This document shows, in pieces, positions 45,576 to 55,280 of a DNA stretch of 64,000 bases. The first letter of the stretch is position 1. Each line of letters opens with the position of its first letter. The stretch is taken from assembly GCA_002082305.1 (NCBI GenBank), contig LSNO01000076.1:1904-65903 (forward strand). The letters run 5' to 3'. The translations under genes were made by a program, and so were the position numbers. The notes under the pieces were generated by a model, which worked only from the letters and a program-made list of their open reading frames with translations, did not search any database and was not told the DNA's origin. This stretch comes from SAR324 cluster bacterium SAR324-CTD7B (GTDB taxonomy: Bacteria; SAR324; NAC60-12).

Positions 45576-46496
45576 ATGTTAAAAACAGCAGTAATTGGTG
45601 TGGGTTATCTGGGCCGCTTTCATGCACAAAAATATGCTGCACTTGCTGAATCAGAACTGGTTGGTGTAGTTGATGTCGATTCTGTACAGGGACAAAAAGT
45701 TGCGGATGAAATTGGAGTTCCGGTTTTTAATGATTTTCATGAAGTACTGGATTTGGTTGATGCAGTCAGCATCGTTGTTCCAACTGTGCATCATTTTGAA
45801 ACTGCTAAAGCCTTTATGGAAAAGGGCGTTCATGTTTTGCTGGAAAAACCCTTTGCGGCAAATATTGAAGAAGCAGAAGAACTGGAACAGCTTTCAAGGG
45901 ATAAAAATCTGCGCCTGCAGATAGGTCATCTGGAACGCTTCAATCCGGTTTTTACTGAATTTCAGGAGCTAATTGATCGGCCAAAATATATTGAAAACAT
46001 CCGCATTGCACCTTTTCCGAAACGTGGTACAGATGTGGATGTTATTCTAGATTTAATGATTCATGACATTGATTTGGTTTTAGCAGTAGTTGGTGAATAT
46101 CCGGAATCTGTCGAAGGTACTGGAGTAAATATCATTACTTCAACTGCAGATTTGGCTAATGCACGCCTGCGCTTTCCTTCTGGCTGTATTGCGGATTTAA
46201 CGGCCAGTCGAGTATCCGACAAAGCTGAACGAAAAATGAGAATTTTTCAGTCAGGACTGTATCTATCTCTCGATTATGGAACAGGTCAGGCACGCAAGCT
46301 ACATGTAGAACCCGGAACTGCTGTTGACCCGGAGACGCTCCGTCCGGAGACTTTCCAGTTGGAAAAAGGTGATGCCCTGTTAACAGAGATTGAAAGTTTT
46401 TTGTTGGCAGTTCGTGAAGGGAAAAATCCCAAAGTTACTGCTGAAGATGGATTGAATGCAATGCGGGTGGGTTGGCAAATCAAGAATCAACTTTAA
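45576..46496 (+). CDS. Gfo/Idh/MocA-family NAD(P)-dependent oxidoreductase
   Basis: 306 aa. N-terminal AVIGVGYLGRFHA Rossmann motif and EKP motif (LLEKPFA). Confidence 0.7.
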   Translation: MLKTAVIGVGYLGRFHAQKYAALAESELVGVVDVDSVQGQKVADEIGVPVFNDFHEVLDLVDAVSIVVPTVHHFETAKAFMEKGVHVLLEKPFAANIEEAEELEQLSRDKNLRLQIGHLERFNPVFTEFQELIDRPKYIENIRIAPFPKRGTDVDVILDLMIHDIDLVLAVVGEYPESVEGTGVNIITSTADLANARLRFPSGCIADLTASRVSDKAERKMRIFQSGLYLSLDYGTGQARKLHVEPGTAVDPETLRPETFQLEKGDALLTEIESFLLAVREGKNPKVTAEDGLNAMRVGWQIKNQL

Positions 46497-46504
46497 AATA
46501 TTTT

Positions 46505-47617
46505 ATGCTGCTTTTTCGTTCAATATTTATACAATTGATTGTTCCGTTTCTGCTGGCACTTGGAATATTGACTTTTATCCTTTCAATGGAAACAGTTTAT
46601 CGTCTGATTAACTTGATTGTGGAACGGGGGGTAAGTGTTTTTAGTGTCGGATTGATGCTGCTTTACCGCCTGCCGCAATTTTTATCTGTGACTTTGCCCT
46701 TGTCTATTGTGATTTCATGCGTGGTGTTGATGGTCCGTCTCTCAACGGACAATGAAATTTCTGCAATGAATTCGATGGGAATCAGTTATTGGCAGATTGG
46801 GCGGCCGTTTTTTTTGTTTGGAATTGTTGCAACAGGAATTACTTTAATCATTACTCTCTGGCTTCAACCTGCCGGTTATGCCGCTTTTGAGCAGGAAAAA
46901 CTCAAGGTGTTGAAAACACAAACTGCGAAAACCATTCAACCATTAGTCTTGAATTATGATTTTCCTGGAAAGGTTTTGTACGTACAGGACAAGGATAAAA
47001 ATGAAGATTTGAGCGGTGTTTTTATTACCGACCTGAAACTGACTCAGGACTCAATGGTAACACTTGCAGATCGTGGACGAATTGAAATTCGGGAAGGAGA
47101 GCGTGATTTGCTTTTAAACCTGGAAGATGGACTAATTCATTTGCAAGGACCTGCTGATAATTACCGTACGATTGCATTTGAGCAGTTCCACTATATTTTC
47201 CGTCCGCCTCAGATTGTTCCGTCTACTAAAGGTGGGCATATCTGGGGTGTTCCCACTAAAGCACTATTGCAGAACTCAAGCCGCTCGTCAAAAATGGAAT
47301 TGTTCTTAAGACTCACCACTCCGTGGGCTTGTGTGGCTTTTGCGGTGGCAATGGTTCCATTGGGTCTGATCAATATACGTCAGGGGCGTTCCGGTGCTTA
47401 TTTACGGGGCTTGATTCTGGTGGTGAGTTACTACATTTTATGGATTGGCGCAAAAGAAATGACGATGAACATGAACTATCAGCCTTATGTTTTGTGGATG
47501 CCTCCACTTTTGATTTGGCTCTTTGGGCTTTATGGCTTGAATAAAAGCAACCTCAATCTGCAAAATATCTTCGACATTCTGAGTTCATTTGGCAAAACGG
47601 GTTCAAGCGTTAAGTAA
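46505..47617 (+). CDS. LptF/LptG-family (YjgP/YjgQ) LPS export permease
   Basis: 370 aa from ATG 46505. Three N-terminal TM helices, a ~150-aa periplasmic beta-jellyroll-like insert and three C-terminal TM helices. Located next to lolA. Confidence 0.7.
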   Translation: MLLFRSIFIQLIVPFLLALGILTFILSMETVYRLINLIVERGVSVFSVGLMLLYRLPQFLSVTLPLSIVISCVVLMVRLSTDNEISAMNSMGISYWQIGRPFFLFGIVATGITLIITLWLQPAGYAAFEQEKLKVLKTQTAKTIQPLVLNYDFPGKVLYVQDKDKNEDLSGVFITDLKLTQDSMVTLADRGRIEIREGERDLLLNLEDGLIHLQGPADNYRTIAFEQFHYIFRPPQIVPSTKGGHIWGVPTKALLQNSSRSSKMELFLRLTTPWACVAFAVAMVPLGLINIRQGRSGAYLRGLILVVSYYILWIGAKEMTMNMNYQPYVLWMPPLLIWLFGLYGLNKSNLNLQNIFDILSSFGKTGSSVK

Positions 47618-47656
47618 CATGCACTCGAAATCTGAGGTATTTAACAAGTTTTTTGT

Positions 47657-48310
47657 ATGAAATATTTTACATTTGTATTTATCTCAATATTATTGTTTGG
47701 CTTTTCAGGACAATCTGTTTCCAAAGAAACAGATCTAATTCAAATGATTCAGGAACAATATCAGAGTATTCAAAGTTTTTCTGGACATTTTGTCCAAACC
47801 AGTTATCGGAACAATACTGAGACTGTCAGAAGAGCAGAGGGCTTGGTTTCTTACAAACGTCCAGGCAAAATGCGTTGGCTTTATGAAGTTCCTGAAGAGC
47901 AATTGTTGGTTACAAATGGTGAAACTTTGTGGCTCTTCGATCCATTGTTGGAAAATGTGACTATACAAAAACTGGAAAAGCTCACTGATGGAACGGCACT
48001 TTCTTTTTTACTTGGTTTGGGAGACTTACAGGCAGATTTTAACAGGCGGTTAATCAGTCAGGTTTTGCTTACTAGTCCGGATGCTTTAATTGTTGAACTG
48101 GAACCAAAAAAAGCTGCTGCAAATTTATCATTTATCCAGTTAGCGGTGCATCCGGTAACATATAATTTGCAGATAATAGCACTGATGGATCAGGAGGGTA
48201 ATTACCGGACAATCGAACTGGAGTCAATGCACTACAATCTTGTGCTTGAAGATAATTTTTTTGAATTCAAAGTCATTCAGGATATGGAAGTGATTGAAGC
48301 AGGAAATTAG
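47657..48310 (+). CDS. lolA: Outer-membrane lipoprotein carrier protein LolA
   Basis: 217 aa. Signal peptide, F.Q....RRAEG....KRPGKMRW.Y..P....LV.NG..LW..DP pattern. Confidence 0.75.
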   Translation: MKYFTFVFISILLFGFSGQSVSKETDLIQMIQEQYQSIQSFSGHFVQTSYRNNTETVRRAEGLVSYKRPGKMRWLYEVPEEQLLVTNGETLWLFDPLLENVTIQKLEKLTDGTALSFLLGLGDLQADFNRRLISQVLLTSPDALIVELEPKKAAANLSFIQLAVHPVTYNLQIIALMDQEGNYRTIELESMHYNLVLEDNFFEFKVIQDMEVIEAGN

Positions 48311-48427
48311 CACCTCCTTCAATAATTCTGTTTTTTGCACAAGTCTGTAAAAGAACAACAAGTGAAGTAAAAACCTGTGATTGTCTAATTCTACTGGTAA
48401 TAGTTGCAACCAAAATTCCAGGATAGC

Positions 48428-50485
48428 ATGCTTAAAAAAGAACTCACTTTACTTAATGTTTACGCCATTGCCACAGGCACAACTTTGAGTGCAGGGTTTT
48501 TTCTGCTCCCTGGAATTGCCTTCAATGAGGCCGGTCCGGCAGTAGTCTTGAGTTATATGATTGCAGCAATTCCACTGATTCCTGCAATGTTCAGTATGGT
48601 CGAGTTATCCACTGCCATGCCCAGAGCAGGAGGAGCATATTATTTCCTCGACAGAAGCATGGGGCCGTTTGTCGGTACAATCGGAGGGTTGGGAACGTGG
48701 TTGGCACTGGTTTTCAAAACAGCATTTGCCTTGATTGGAATGGGGGCTTATCTCAGTATTTTCTGGCCGGAAGTTCCCATCGTTATGCTGGCGGTGATTT
48801 TAGCGGTCCTTTTTGGAATTGTAAATCTTTTTGGAGCAAAAAAAACCGGGACGTTTCAGGTATTCATGGTCTTTGCCCTGCTCTTGATTTTATTAGCTTT
48901 CATTGGAAAAGGTATTCCGGAAATAAATTCAGTACATTTTGAAGGATTTTTTGACAAAGGTACTGTATCAATCATTTCAACTGCAGGACTTGTGTATATC
49001 AGCTATGTTGGAGTAACAAACATTGCCAGCGTTGCGGAAGAAGTTCAAAATCCAGAACGAAATCTTCCACTTGGAGTTTTTCTTGCCATCGGGACTGCAA
49101 TTATAGTTTACGCTGTTGGTACAACGATCATGGTCGGAGTGCTTCCTGCAAATGAATTGGCTCAGGATTTAACACCGGTTGCTTCTACTGCAGAAATTAT
49201 TTTTGGAGAGTGGGGTAAAATTGCTGTGACTGTGGCAGCAGTTATTGCTTTTGCATCTGTGGCAAATGCAGGGATTTTAAGTGCTTCTCGATATCCTCTG
49301 GCCATGAGCCGGGATCATCTTATTCCGAGTAAATTCGCTAAACTAACTGCACGTAATATTCCTCACTATGGAATAGCAGTAACTGTTGTATTGATTATCC
49401 TGCTGGTTCTTACTCTTGATATTGCCCGCATCGCAAAGTTGGCCAGTGCTTTTCAATTATTGATGTTTGCTTTGATTTGTCTGGCAGTAGTTGTGATGCG
49501 TGAAAGCCAAATAGAAGCCTATGATCCTGGATATCGTTCCCCGTTTTATCCGTGGATGCAAATATTCGGAGTTTTTTCTCCACTGTGGCTGATTGCTGAA
49601 ATGGGCGCTCTTCCCATATTATTTTCTCTGGGACTAGTAACACTTGGTACAGTCTGGTATTTTGCTTATGCACAAAATCGGGTGGTTCGTTCAGGTGCAA
49701 TTTATCATTTATTTGCCCGTCTTGGTGAACAAAGATTTGAAGGGCTGGATCGTGAGTTGCGCGGAATTATGAAAGAAAAAGGTGTGCGGGAGGAGGATCC
49801 CTTTGACGAAGTAGTGGCTCGTGCACAAGTGATGGAATTTACCAAGGAACATCAATTTGGTGAGATTACACGTCAGGTTGCCATTGAATTTGAACGCAAT
49901 CTGGGTGTAGATGCAAAAGAATTAGAGCAAGGATTTTTGGAGGGCAGCAGGATTGGCGCAACCCCAATTTCACGTGGTGCGGCTTTGCCTCACATTCGTC
50001 TGCCAGATCTCAAACTTGCAGAAATGGTGATCGTCCGTGTAAATGAATTATGCTTTGTAGAGGCACCTGATTTTTCGGGTAAAATATCACTTCAGGGACC
50101 TATACATGCTTTTTTCTATTTAATCAGTCCCAATGAAAATCCTGGTCAGCATCTGCGGATTCTGGCTCAAATTGCAGGAAGGATTGATGATGAAAATTTT
50201 CTCAAAGATTGGCTGGATGCTTCAGATGAACAAGAATTAAAGGAAATATTATTACGAGATGAACGCTTTTTATCACTAAGGATTCGCAACAATACACCTT
50301 CTTCAGTATTCATTGGGCGTTCATTGAAAGATATACGTATGCCAGAAGACTGCCTGGTAGCAGTTATTCGCAGAAGAGGAGAAACGATTGTACCGCGTGG
50401 ACTGACGGTTTTACTGGAAGGTGACCGGCTGACTATTATTGGTGATGCACAAGGGATTGAACAATTAAACAATAAATATAATTAA
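48428..50485 (+). CDS. APC-superfamily amino-acid permease fused to PTS-EIIA(2)-like and TrkA-C (RCK-C) domains
   Basis: 685 aa from ATG 48428. About 12 TM helices to aa ~430. EIIA-like block GAALPHIRLP...PIHAFFYLISP (His codon 49991-49993). C-terminal TrkA-C block CLVAVIRRRGETIVPRGLTVLLEGDRLTIIGD. Confidence 0.7.
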   Translation: MLKKELTLLNVYAIATGTTLSAGFFLLPGIAFNEAGPAVVLSYMIAAIPLIPAMFSMVELSTAMPRAGGAYYFLDRSMGPFVGTIGGLGTWLALVFKTAFALIGMGAYLSIFWPEVPIVMLAVILAVLFGIVNLFGAKKTGTFQVFMVFALLLILLAFIGKGIPEINSVHFEGFFDKGTVSIISTAGLVYISYVGVTNIASVAEEVQNPERNLPLGVFLAIGTAIIVYAVGTTIMVGVLPANELAQDLTPVASTAEIIFGEWGKIAVTVAAVIAFASVANAGILSASRYPLAMSRDHLIPSKFAKLTARNIPHYGIAVTVVLIILLVLTLDIARIAKLASAFQLLMFALICLAVVVMRESQIEAYDPGYRSPFYPWMQIFGVFSPLWLIAEMGALPILFSLGLVTLGTVWYFAYAQNRVVRSGAIYHLFARLGEQRFEGLDRELRGIMKEKGVREEDPFDEVVARAQVMEFTKEHQFGEITRQVAIEFERNLGVDAKELEQGFLEGSRIGATPISRGAALPHIRLPDLKLAEMVIVRVNELCFVEAPDFSGKISLQGPIHAFFYLISPNENPGQHLRILAQIAGRIDDENFLKDWLDASDEQELKEILLRDERFLSLRIRNNTPSSVFIGRSLKDIRMPEDCLVAVIRRRGETIVPRGLTVLLEGDRLTIIGDAQGIEQLNNKYN

Positions 50486-50489
50486 ATTC

Positions 50490-51236
50490 ATGAAAACAAC
50501 CTTAAGAACTGACGGACGAAAAAACAACGAAGAACGTCCGCTTGAAATCTCACTTGATTATACAATGCACGCAGAAGGCTCGGTGCTTGTTTCTTCCGGA
50601 AATACGAAAATAATTTGCACAGCATCTGTTGAAAATAAAGTTCCGGATTGGCTTTTGGATAAAGACAAAAAGCCGCATCACGGCTGGGTTACTTCTGAAT
50701 ACGGAATGCTTCCGCGTTCAACCGGAAGCCGCAGGAAGAGAGAAACCGGAAAAATAGACGGACGGAGCCAGGAAATTCAGCGGTTAATTGGTCGTTCGTT
50801 GCGTTCCGTGGTAAATCTGTCAGTACTTGGAGAACACACTATCTGGATTGACTGTGACGTGATCCAAGCTGATGGAGGTACTCGAACTGCAGCAATTACG
50901 GGTGGATTTGTGGCTCTAATTTTGGCTTTAAGAAATATCTTTAAAACAGGAAACATCAAAGAATTTCCTGTAAAAGAATACCTTGCTGCCATCAGTGTAG
51001 GTATAGTAAATAGCCAACCGATGCTGGATTTAAAATATGATGAAGACAAAGCTGCAGAAGTAGATATGAACATTGTTATGCTGGAGTCCGGAGAATTTGT
51101 TGAAGTCCAGGCAACTGCAGAAGGAAAAACATATTCTCGTGAACAATTGGATTTAATGCTTGATCTGGCCGTACAGGGAATTCGTTCACACATTGCTGCA
51201 CAAAAGAAGGTGCTTGGGAATGTACTGTACGGCTAA
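50490..51236 (+). CDS. rph: Ribonuclease PH
   Basis: 248 aa. RTDGRKNNEERP start, CDVIQADGGTRTAAITG signature. Confidence 0.92.
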   Translation: MKTTLRTDGRKNNEERPLEISLDYTMHAEGSVLVSSGNTKIICTASVENKVPDWLLDKDKKPHHGWVTSEYGMLPRSTGSRRKRETGKIDGRSQEIQRLIGRSLRSVVNLSVLGEHTIWIDCDVIQADGGTRTAAITGGFVALILALRNIFKTGNIKEFPVKEYLAAISVGIVNSQPMLDLKYDEDKAAEVDMNIVMLESGEFVEVQATAEGKTYSREQLDLMLDLAVQGIRSHIAAQKKVLGNVLYG

Positions 51237-51256
51237 CTTTTATTCCTGAAATAATT

Positions 51257-52081
51257 ATGTATCCATATATTTTTTCTCTTGAAATTCCATGGCTTAACAT
51301 TACCCTTGAACCTAGATTTTACGGATTGTTTTATGCAGTTGCGGTTTTAATCGGTTCACAAATTGTAATTGCTGAAATTGCAAGGCGGCGTATCAAGCTT
51401 GACGAGGATGAAGCAATGAACATGACAATGCTCATTTTTTTGGCAGGCTTAATTGGTGGACGAAGTTATGAAGTAATCTTTGAGTGGTCGAACTATTATA
51501 GATTTCAACCATTCTGGAAAGTCTTTGCAATTTGGGAAGGTGGATTGGCGATTCATGGGGGGATTCTCGGCGGAATCGTTTCGCTCTATTTTTACTGTCG
51601 AATCAAAAATATTTCATTAGCCGCCATTCTGGACATAGGTGCATTATGCATGATTCTTGGTCAAGCTCTTGGTCGATGGGGTAACTTCACCAATGGAGAA
51701 ACTGCAGGGCCAGTCACTGAATTTTGGACTGGAATAGTATTTCCCGCAGGAACAGCCGTAGACCGTTATGCTCATGGTGCACCAGTACATCCGACAATGA
51801 TATATGAATCACTGGGCAACTTTCTAATTCTAGCTCTACTCTGGAAACTCCGGCTCCGAAATTTTCGTCCAGGAATGCTTGGCGCGCTTTATTTACTCTC
51901 TTACTCCGCTTTACGTTCCTTATTGACACCTCTACGTATGGACAATCAATATTTTGTCGTTGCTGATACTAAAATTCTTGCAGCTTATGCTATCAGTATT
52001 TTACTGGTCGGTGCGGGCCTGTTTTGGATATATCAGCAAAAACTTTGGCTTCCGGATGAAGCACTGAGTGAAAAATCATGA
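51257..52081 (+). CDS. lgt: Prolipoprotein diacylglyceryl transferase
   Basis: 274 aa. Polytopic. GGLAIHGGILGG and GRWGNFTNGE motifs. Confidence 0.9.
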   Translation: MYPYIFSLEIPWLNITLEPRFYGLFYAVAVLIGSQIVIAEIARRRIKLDEDEAMNMTMLIFLAGLIGGRSYEVIFEWSNYYRFQPFWKVFAIWEGGLAIHGGILGGIVSLYFYCRIKNISLAAILDIGALCMILGQALGRWGNFTNGETAGPVTEFWTGIVFPAGTAVDRYAHGAPVHPTMIYESLGNFLILALLWKLRLRNFRPGMLGALYLLSYSALRSLLTPLRMDNQYFVVADTKILAAYAISILLVGAGLFWIYQQKLWLPDEALSEKS

Positions 52082-53079
52082 ATGTTGATTTAGTGGAATT
52101 ATTGACTCATCCTGCCGTTATACTTGCCTCGATCATCGGACTTGATTTGCTTTTTGGAGATCCGGTTTATAGCTGGCATCCTGTACGCCTGATCGGTAAT
52201 TTGATATCATGGTTTGAAACCAAACTTCGGTCAATCGGCCTGGATGGAAAATTTGGCGGAATTATTTTGGTGCTGCTTTTACTGTTTTGTGCATTTGTAG
52301 TCTGCACAGGCATTTCACATTTTTTAACAAGAATACACTGGAGCTTAAGTTGGCTCTGGTCCGTTTATCTTGGGTGGAGTTTTCTGGCTTTGCGAGATTT
52401 GCTGGTTCATGCAAAACATGTTGCTGAAGCCATGGAAACAGAAAATCTTTCTGAAGCAAAACGGCAAGTTGGAATGCTCGTTGGCCGGGACACCAAACTG
52501 ATGGATTTACCGGCTTGCGGACGTGCCACTGTAGAAAGTGTCAGCGAGAATTTGAATGACGGTGTGATGGCACCTTTACTCTTTTTTTGTTTTTTTGGAA
52601 TACCGGGAATGTTGTTATTTAAAGTTGTCAGCACACTGGATTCAATGGTTGGTTATCAAAATAAGCGCTATCAGGATTTTGGCTGGTGCAGTGCAAAATT
52701 TGATGATCTGTTGAGCTGGATTCCTGCAAGGATCAGTTGGCTTTTCTTGTCTGGAACTGCAGCATTGTTCCCGGAATTTTCCGGCAGTAATGCTTTCAAA
52801 GTTGGTTGGAAGGATCATGCAAAACTTCCCAGCTCTAATGCCGGCTGGTGTGAGGCCACTGCAGCAGGAGCTTTGAAAATTAGACTTTGCGGTCCAATCT
52901 GGCGTGAAGGTAAATTGGCCCACAATTATTGGCTTGGCAGCCAGAAAGACAGAGAAGGCGCAACTGCATGGGACATACAACTTGTTAGTAGACTGGCTTT
53001 GGCAACCACTTTAATTGTTTCCGGAATCCTGGGCTATTTGTTATGGTTGAGCGAATTCAAACCATTTTTCAGCCCATGA
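52078..53079 (+). CDS. cbiB: Adenosylcobinamide-phosphate synthase (CbiB/CobD)
   Basis: 333 aa. GDP....HPVRLIGNLI N-terminal motif. Membrane protein. The start overlaps the lgt stop (ATGA). Confidence 0.85.
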   Translation: MNVDLVELLTHPAVILASIIGLDLLFGDPVYSWHPVRLIGNLISWFETKLRSIGLDGKFGGIILVLLLLFCAFVVCTGISHFLTRIHWSLSWLWSVYLGWSFLALRDLLVHAKHVAEAMETENLSEAKRQVGMLVGRDTKLMDLPACGRATVESVSENLNDGVMAPLLFFCFFGIPGMLLFKVVSTLDSMVGYQNKRYQDFGWCSAKFDDLLSWIPARISWLFLSGTAALFPEFSGSNAFKVGWKDHAKLPSSNAGWCEATAAGALKIRLCGPIWREGKLAHNYWLGSQKDREGATAWDIQLVSRLALATTLIVSGILGYLLWLSEFKPFFSP

Positions 53080-53573
53080 AAATCTTGTTCACAGGGGGCG
53101 TAAAAAGTGGAAAGTCCCGTCATGCAGAAAAACGTGTTCTGGAAATGTCCAGAGGTAAAAAACCAGTTTATCTGGCAACAACAGAATTGCTTGATCCGGA
53201 AATGAAGGAACGTATTTCGGAGCATCGACGCCGGCGGGGGGCAAAGTTCCACACACTTGAAGAGCCACTGCATTTAGCAGATACATTACTAAGTACAGAA
53301 GTTCCTGTGCTTGTTGAATGTTTGACGATGTGGCTCAACAATGCCATGCATTACCAACTCTCAGAAAAAAAAATCTTTGCCGAAATTGAAAACTTGCTGC
53401 TGCTCGAATGTGATGTAATATTTGTGCTGAATGAAGTTGGAATGGGGATTATTCCAGATAATTCATTAGCCAGGAAATTTGCAGATTTGTCCGGACGGAT
53501 TGCACAGCAGCTTGGTGAGGCCTGCGATGAGGTAAACTTGTGTGTAGCAGGAATCTTATTAAAGATAAAATAA
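53076..53573 (+). CDS. cobU: Adenosylcobinamide kinase / adenosylcobinamide-phosphate guanylyltransferase (CobU/CobP)
   Basis: 165 aa from ATG 53076 (ATGA overlap with the cbiB stop). P-loop FTGGVKSGKSRHAE and HRRRR block. Confidence 0.85.
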   Translation: MKILFTGGVKSGKSRHAEKRVLEMSRGKKPVYLATTELLDPEMKERISEHRRRRGAKFHTLEEPLHLADTLLSTEVPVLVECLTMWLNNAMHYQLSEKKIFAEIENLLLLECDVIFVLNEVGMGIIPDNSLARKFADLSGRIAQQLGEACDEVNLCVAGILLKIK

Positions 53574-53587
53574 ATGAGGAAAACTTA

Positions 53588-54694
53588 ATGAAGACTCTTC
53601 ATGTAAATTTGCCTGGACGAGAATACAAGATTGATATAGGTCTAAATATTCTTGATCAGTTACTACCGGAAGCAGTGTTGAGTAACTCAACAGATCATGT
53701 GGTTGTGGTTACGAACACAACTCTGCATGACTTGTATCCGGATCGGATTTCTCAGGTTTTACAAAATTCCGGAGTACGAGTCAGTACGTGTGTTTTAGCA
53801 GATGGTGAGGAGTATAAAAATCTTGAAACACTGTCACTGATTTTTGATTTTTTAATGAAGTTCAGTGCAAATCGAAAAACTTTACTGGTTGCTTTTGGGG
53901 GAGGAGTAATTGGTGACATGGCTGGATTTGCTGCTGCAACTTTTATGCGCGGCATTCCGTTCATTCAAGTTCCCACAACATTGCTGGCAGACGTGGACAG
54001 CAGCGTTGGCGGGAAAACCGCTGTTAATCATCCATCAGCTAAAAACACAATTGGATCATTTAAACAACCTGAGTACGTTTGCATAGAACTGTCTTTTTTG
54101 AAAACATTGCCCTCCCGTGAATTGAAGGCAGGTTTTATAGAACTGCTCAAGCATGGATTAATTCATGACGTAAATTTGTTTGAATTTATTCAGGGACAGA
54201 CTCTGGAACCGCTGGACTTTGAATTTTTGGAGGAGGCAATTTTCAGGTCATGTGGAATTAAAGGCCGGGTGGTTGAACAAGATGAAACAGAAACGGGGTT
54301 GCGTGCAATACTCAATTTTGGACACACTTTAGGACATTTGATTGAAACGCATGCTGGTTATGGTACATACCTGCATGGAGAAGCGGTTGGTGCAGGTATG
54401 TGTTTTGCTGCATTTGTTTCATGGCATTGTAATGAGCTTCCTGAAAAAGACTGGGAGCGCATCAGCAGTTATTTGCGGAAAATTTTGGCTCCGGTTGTTC
54501 TCCACAGTCTGGATCAGGATGTCTTTCGTGATTTGATTTTGCATGATAAAAAAGCACAAAAGCAGGCGGTAAATTTTATTATGCTAAAAAAATTGGGTGA
54601 AAGTTTTATTCAGCAGGAAATGCCGGTGGAAAAGTTGTGGGATGAGTTCAAGAAATTCACAGCACTGCATCCAGAATTTGTGGAATTGAGATGA
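53588..54694 (+). CDS. aroB: 3-dehydroquinate synthase
   Basis: 368 aa from ATG 53588 (GAGGA upstream). GGGVIGDMAGFAAATFMRGIPFIQVPTTLLADVDSSVGGKTAVNH and HTLGH motifs. Confidence 0.9.
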   Translation: MKTLHVNLPGREYKIDIGLNILDQLLPEAVLSNSTDHVVVVTNTTLHDLYPDRISQVLQNSGVRVSTCVLADGEEYKNLETLSLIFDFLMKFSANRKTLLVAFGGGVIGDMAGFAAATFMRGIPFIQVPTTLLADVDSSVGGKTAVNHPSAKNTIGSFKQPEYVCIELSFLKTLPSRELKAGFIELLKHGLIHDVNLFEFIQGQTLEPLDFEFLEEAIFRSCGIKGRVVEQDETETGLRAILNFGHTLGHLIETHAGYGTYLHGEAVGAGMCFAAFVSWHCNELPEKDWERISSYLRKILAPVVLHSLDQDVFRDLILHDKKAQKQAVNFIMLKKLGESFIQQEMPVEKLWDEFKKFTALHPEFVELR

Positions 54695-54701
54695 ATAATA
54701 T

Positions 54702-55253
54702 TCAGACCATACCGGTTTGTGAAAAAGTTGTGGTTAGTGGGTCAAACCCAAGATTATCCATTGTTCTTTCCCACCTCAGTTCGTAATCCAGATCGAGCAG
54801 CAAAAGTTCATCCAGTGGGCCGAGCCACCAGGATTCCTCCTGGATTTCCCGATCAAGTTGTCCTGCACCCCAGCCGGCATAGCCGCTGCCAAAGTGATAA
54901 GATCGTACATCTTGCCCATTAGCAAGTGAATACAGAACATCTTGTGCAGAACTTAAGTTGATTTTTGGTGAAAGAATGGTCGTTTCTTCTACTGAAAAAT
55001 CGGAACTGTGAACAGCCCAAAAAGATTCTGGTTGAACTGGACCTCCGAGCAGCAAAGGAATATCGGCAGCAACATTCTCCTTCATTTCGTCTGAGAGAAT
55101 CTCTTTAACGAGAGTTGTTGTTGGATGATTCATGACGAGTCCGAATGCACCTTCTTCGTCATATCTGCACAAAAGAATAACAGATTTGTTAAAATATGTA
55201 TCTTTTAGTGCCGGCATGGCAACCAGGATGCCTGGGACTTCACTGAGCTGCAT
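54702..55253 (-). CDS. YqgE/AlgH-family protein (UPF0301)
   Basis: 183 aa. GILVAMPALKDTYFNKSVILLCRYDEEGAFGLVMN family signature. Confidence 0.8.
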   Translation of the reverse strand: MQLSEVPGILVAMPALKDTYFNKSVILLCRYDEEGAFGLVMNHPTTTLVKEILSDEMKENVAADIPLLLGGPVQPESFWAVHSSDFSVEETTILSPKINLSSAQDVLYSLANGQDVRSYHFGSGYAGWGAGQLDREIQEESWWLGPLDELLLLDLDYELRWERTMDNLGFDPLTTTFSQTGMV

Positions 55254-55280
55254 ATAGTTTTTTGTTTGATTTAAAATTAA

